Assembly (NCBI GenBank): GCA_030390025.1
Contig: CM059432.1
Location: 91,700,001 to 91,764,000 of the forward strand
Length of the DNA stretch: 64,000 bases
DNA from: Squalus acanthias
Lineage: Eukaryota
Direction of reading: 5' to 3'
A model generated the notes under the pieces. It ran no database searches, was not told where the DNA came from, and saw nothing but the letters and a program-made list of their open reading frames with translations. The stretch's first letter is position 1, and each line of letters starts with the position of its first letter. Shown in pieces: positions 59,674 to 64,000 of this stretch. The position numbers and the translations under genes are program-made.

Positions 59674-62026
59674 ATGGAACGAATTCTAGTATTGCTCGTG
59701 GCAATCGGATGTGGATTGGCCTATCGAGGCCACACCAAGGATGTCGTGGTGTTTGGATGTTCCGGGGACACGGCCCCCATCGCGGTGGATGGGACCGGAA
59801 GACGGAAGGCAGAAGGGACCAGCACCTATTTCCACAAGGGAAGGTGGCCAGGATGGCTGGGAACGAACTCAACGGAGTATTCCAGCACATCGGGGTTCGC
59901 CTACAAAGAGACTTCTTTAATGTGCCCCAAAGTAAGGATCATCGCACCCAGGATCAGCGTCACCGTCGGCAAACGGATTTGTTTGACCTGTAGTGGGGAT
60001 GTCCCATTGAGCCGATGGTGGTGGCTGCGAAAGCTGAGCAAAACTATGAGAAACTCCTCGGTCGAGTGGGAACGACTGGGTAATAATACCCATCGGACAA
60101 TTACGGGGACAGACGGACAAGTGAAAGTCTGTTGGGACAAATGGTGGGAACCGGATGAGGGGATTTATGTATGTATGTGGGGGTCAAAGTACGTTTGCCC
60201 CAAAGGCATCTCCATATTTTTTATTAATCAGTGGCAGGATAACGGACAGGGGATGAGGTGGGATGCGAGCACCAGGGGGTGCGGAGCCCCATTCTCCCCG
60301 ATCCCAGTAAATGCCACTGAACTCATTACGCGCCCACGCAAAGCCCCGCCCACGATTCCGGTGGTTCTAGCTGAGGAAGAAGGGTGCCCTAAAGCTAGTA
60401 AGGGACCCGGGAACGGTTTGGTACTGGTCCCCACAGACCAGATACTATTTCAGGGGGTACATTACGCGGTGGCCTCGGTGATTTTAAATCTCACTGAGCT
60501 ACGGTTGCCAGAGTGGTGCCCCAAAAAGACGGAACAGTTGTATCAGGTCCTGTTGACCAAGATGTTCAGACAATTTTACGAGTTTGATTTTGCAGAAATT
60601 GATAAGACAAGTTTGTACACCGCACCGCAGGAAGTTTTGGATCAAGTAGGGAGGCAAAGAAGGGGTTTGGTGAACGATGCGTTCACTGCTTTTAACACAG
60701 GGACATCTGTGGTCAACGCTCTAGACAGTGTGGAGCTGCAGACCCAGATTAATGGTTTAAAAACACAGTTAAAAGACATTCTAACAGATGAGAATAAAGT
60801 GGTAGGGTCAGGTCTACACGAGGACCAAGCCATGACTCTCCATTTAAAGGAAATTATAGCAGAGCTGGAGAAACATGCGCGTACGGTAAATGCCCTGATC
60901 AGGGAAGATCGGAATGCATCCGATCAAGCTGCGCAGAACGAGGTGTGCGTGCTTTACGGGGCGTGGTTACTGGGCGAGGGCTGCAGTAATTTGGAGGATT
61001 TAAAACAAGGTTTGGTTCCGTCCTGGATAAGTAACAAACACCTGCGGGCGCTCCACCCTTTTCAGAACGCATTAAGCCCGTGCCAGCTCAGGCTAGCTTC
61101 AGAAGCTTACCCAGTCCCCGTGGACTGCGGACGTTCAAACCATACTATTATGGGAATAGTATTACGCATGCCGGTTTTGGGCAACACAGCAAAGCCCGCC
61201 CCGGTGTATCGGGTAGAGAACATTGGTGTCATTCAGGGGGGAGCCCACATTCGTTATGCAGCGGTTCCACCTTACGTCATCCGCTGGGAGCAAACGATGA
61301 CAGGTACAGATCTCTCTGGTTGTCGTGGCAGGGGAGCACACATAATACTGTGCCCCCAGCACTTGAATGCCTTTTTAACACCACAGTGCGGGTTCAGAAC
61401 GGCTGGCGCCAAGTCCATGAATTGCACCATGGAGGCAATGGCACAAGATCATGTGCCTCCGCAGGTAGCATACATCGGGGGTGGAACATATTGTGTTACC
61501 ACTGCAGCGCAACACTACCAGCATGGAAACCGTAGCCGGTGTCCGGTGAGTGACAGCAGTTTCTGTTTTTAAACCCAGGGCTGAAGTTCAAGTAGCACAA
61601 CAGCGAATTATCCCAATCCCTGAACCATCCACTGTTCATCTCACAGTAAAAGAGAATTTCACCGACTTGCAGCGATTTGTCGCGCATTTTGGATACCTCA
61701 TTCCCCCTCTCCCTGAGCATTTAACCAAACTTCTGAAAGCCGTCGCGGTATCACAGAAGCATTTTTATACGTTAGAGCAGAAAACTGTCGAAATAGGAAC
61801 AGACATTTTGGACATAGTGGTTCCACCGTGGTGGAATCTGTTCACCAATATTGAAGTGCCTTCATGGATCAGAATAGCCTCCCACATTTTAGTCGTCTGT
61901 CAAGTGTTTAATGTAGTGTACCTATTGTTCATACATTGTAAAAGAGACAAGCGCCTCACCAAGCATGAAAACACGGGAGAGTGGCGAGAACGTTACGTGC
62001 GCGTGCACGATGAGAGCACCGTGTAA
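59674..62026 (+). CDS. env: Env / class I fusion glycoprotein with an Ig-like N-terminal domain; 783 aa if one extra T at 61566-61570 is removed
   Basis: Signal peptide, DEGIYVC, furin RQRR (60652-60663), fusion peptide and heptad repeat, Cys-rich region. The TM (about 61864-61938) is in the +1 frame. Acceptor TCACAG at 59660. Confidence 0.85.
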
Positions 62027-62436
62027 TAGGAAAATGGCGTCACTCCCGCTCGCCGCGTGCGCCGCGGAAGTTTGTACTCATTGTAAATACGTTGGAAACT
62101 CGACATGTTTAAGAGTTGGGATTTGTTTATTTTGGTGATGGTGTTGATTGTTTGGTTTCGGGTTTTGTTTTTCCTTTCCCTGAATAAAAGACAAATATAC
62201 AGGTGATGCGTGAGGTATCGGCCTGGTTACGCCGGGAAGGAAAACAAGTGGTGTAAGTTTAAGGGCAAATGATGCCTACGGTGATATAAAATGTGATTTT
62301 CTTGGGAAATAAGGACGACACAGAGACCCTAGTTAAGTTAAAATTTATGGGATTAATTTACTGGATTCGGAGTGAAATCGAGATAAGATTGCTCACCACT
62401 GTGATTTTTGATACGATAAGCGGAGTTATTCGCATC

Positions 62437-62448
62437 AACAGGAGGGAC
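62437..62448 (+). promoter_or_regulatory. Polypurine tract
   Basis: AACAGGAGGGAC immediately before the 3' LTR. Confidence 0.7.
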
Positions 62449-64000
62449 TGTAGAATTCGCAATATATCGCGATTTGATTAATAAGGAGAAAAACACAAAG
62501 TTTCGTTCAAACAGCTTTTATTTCAGCAGAATGCTGACAGGTTTAAATTGGACACAAGCAGCCTGTAAAATGGCCGCCGCACCTCGTGACAGAACATTCT
62601 AGACTTTTCAACAGGCAGACAAGATGGCGTTCCATTAAACGTTTTTTCAAGATCGATAACGATTCAGCACAGTGAAGATAATACACGAGACATTATGGGT
62701 TTACAGTATAAACATAGATACTGAAATCGGTCTCCCAGGTACAAAGGAAAGCCATTGTACCGAGTAATCAAGGGCCCATCCAAAGGACATTAATATGTAA
62801 ACTCCCAACGACTCTACGATGAGAGAGCCGTTAGCAGGTAGTTATACAGGACACTTGGAAGCCCCAAACCCCTCCAGGGAGAACACCGACCGATTTAACA
62901 ATGGGAGAAGTATTAACAGGTACTCAAACATTCATGAGTAGCCCCGAAACCCATTAAGGACGGAGATCACCCATACAAGACATTTGGGCGCCAAACCCTA
63001 AACAAAAGAATGGACATTATAGTTGGGCGGGAAACGGAAGATTTTTGCACTATAATTGCAGGCCCCAAACCGTCCACTCGCTCTCTTGCCTCTTGCCTCG
63101 TGCTCTTGCTCTTGCTCCTGCATTCGCTCGCTTGCTCCTGTGCTTTTATCCGGTCGATTCGTAACCTCGTGGCTGCTCCTGTGTACTCGTAGTTGGGCTT
63201 CTGCGTGCCTGTTGCCTCTTCTGAAAAGACTGTTGCACTTTCTGATCCGTTCGGATCTACCTCGTGTCGCGTAACGAAGACCTATGTTGGTAACTGGCAG
63301 CGGAACCAAAGGCCCGAGATGAGATGAGATGAGATGAGAGGAGAAGAGAAGAAGACCATATCCATCGCCACGGTCAGTAAATCCCGACCGCGCCTGTAGG
63401 TCGATTAGCCAAGTTTTCCTCGCCAGGAAGATTTCTCTTTCGAACTTATAACGAAACATATTGCATCAATGATAACTGGACTGTGCCCAAAGCAACTGGA
63501 ACGTGCAAACATATCGTATCAATGATATTGACAACGGTGCTCCAAGATTAAACTGTGAAGCCCACCAACAGAGGTCTTCACCACAGCGGACGGTCCAGCC
63601 TACTAGCCGGAGCAGCAGAAGCAAGTAAACAAGTGGGACCAGGAGATCTCCTGACCGACACGTGGGTGCTGCGGTGAAAAACATCCGATCAGCTATTCGG
63701 AATTTCTCCGAGTTGTCACGAGTGGTGAGCATGAGTCTCGAGATCCTACGAAGCTAGTTTAGGATAGATATTGATAGGGGAGGGTTTAAAGATTAAGGAT
63801 ATTTGTAATGTGTGCCCCTATTTACGTTGTGCCGTTCGTTCCTCGTTTCCCTAAGATCGACTATATAACCGTTTGTAAGATTGTACTGTCATTAATCTGT
63901 GCTTATGACATGTATTTCATAATTTTAAGTATCATGCAATAAAGATTTTCCATTTCGTACCATTCAAACCAAGTCTACATGAGTTTTATCTCCATTACTG
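62449..64000 (+). repeat. 3' LTR (partial)
   Basis: Matches 54584-56135; the ORF-track translations are identical in both copies. Confidence 0.93.

Larger units (their letters stand above)
54584..64000 (+). mobile_element. Young pol-less endogenous retrovirus-like LTR element (LTR-PBS-gag-ORF2-env-PPT-LTR); 3' LTR runs off the window
   Basis: Direct repeats at offset 7865, tRNA PBS, CCHC gag, env with furin site and TM, PPT. Confidence 0.93.

Noticed and set aside
61566..61574. TTTAAAC as a programmed -1 frameshift in env
   Set aside because: The heptamer is out of phase with env, and the TM lies in the +1 frame.

Overview
Vertebrate genomic DNA. The repeat families (Deu-domain tRNA SINE, CR1/L2/Penelope, Harbinger) suggest a cartilaginous fish such as a shark; this is an inference. 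The host gene is adenosine deaminase (ADA or a close paralogue) on the minus strand: coding exons 1-7 lie at 45015-3030, and exons 8 onward lie beyond the left edge. The introns and upstream region are packed with mobile DNA: three large decayed Harbinger copies plus MITE-like derivatives, a full-length defective Gypsy element whose primer-binding position pairs with its own LTR, two solo LTRs, Penelope remnants with hammerhead-like cores, and many LINE/SINE fragments. The most striking item is a very young LTR retroelement at 54584 to beyond 64000. Its LTRs are about 1.75 kb and look identical. A tRNA-Arg PBS overlaps the gag ATG, and gag ends in a UGA-CUAG readthrough context. A 410-codon non-enzymatic ORF sits where pol should be. 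The env carries an Ig-like domain in front of an F-type class I fusion protein. It reads as a pol-less, helper-dependent, lokiretrovirus-like element.
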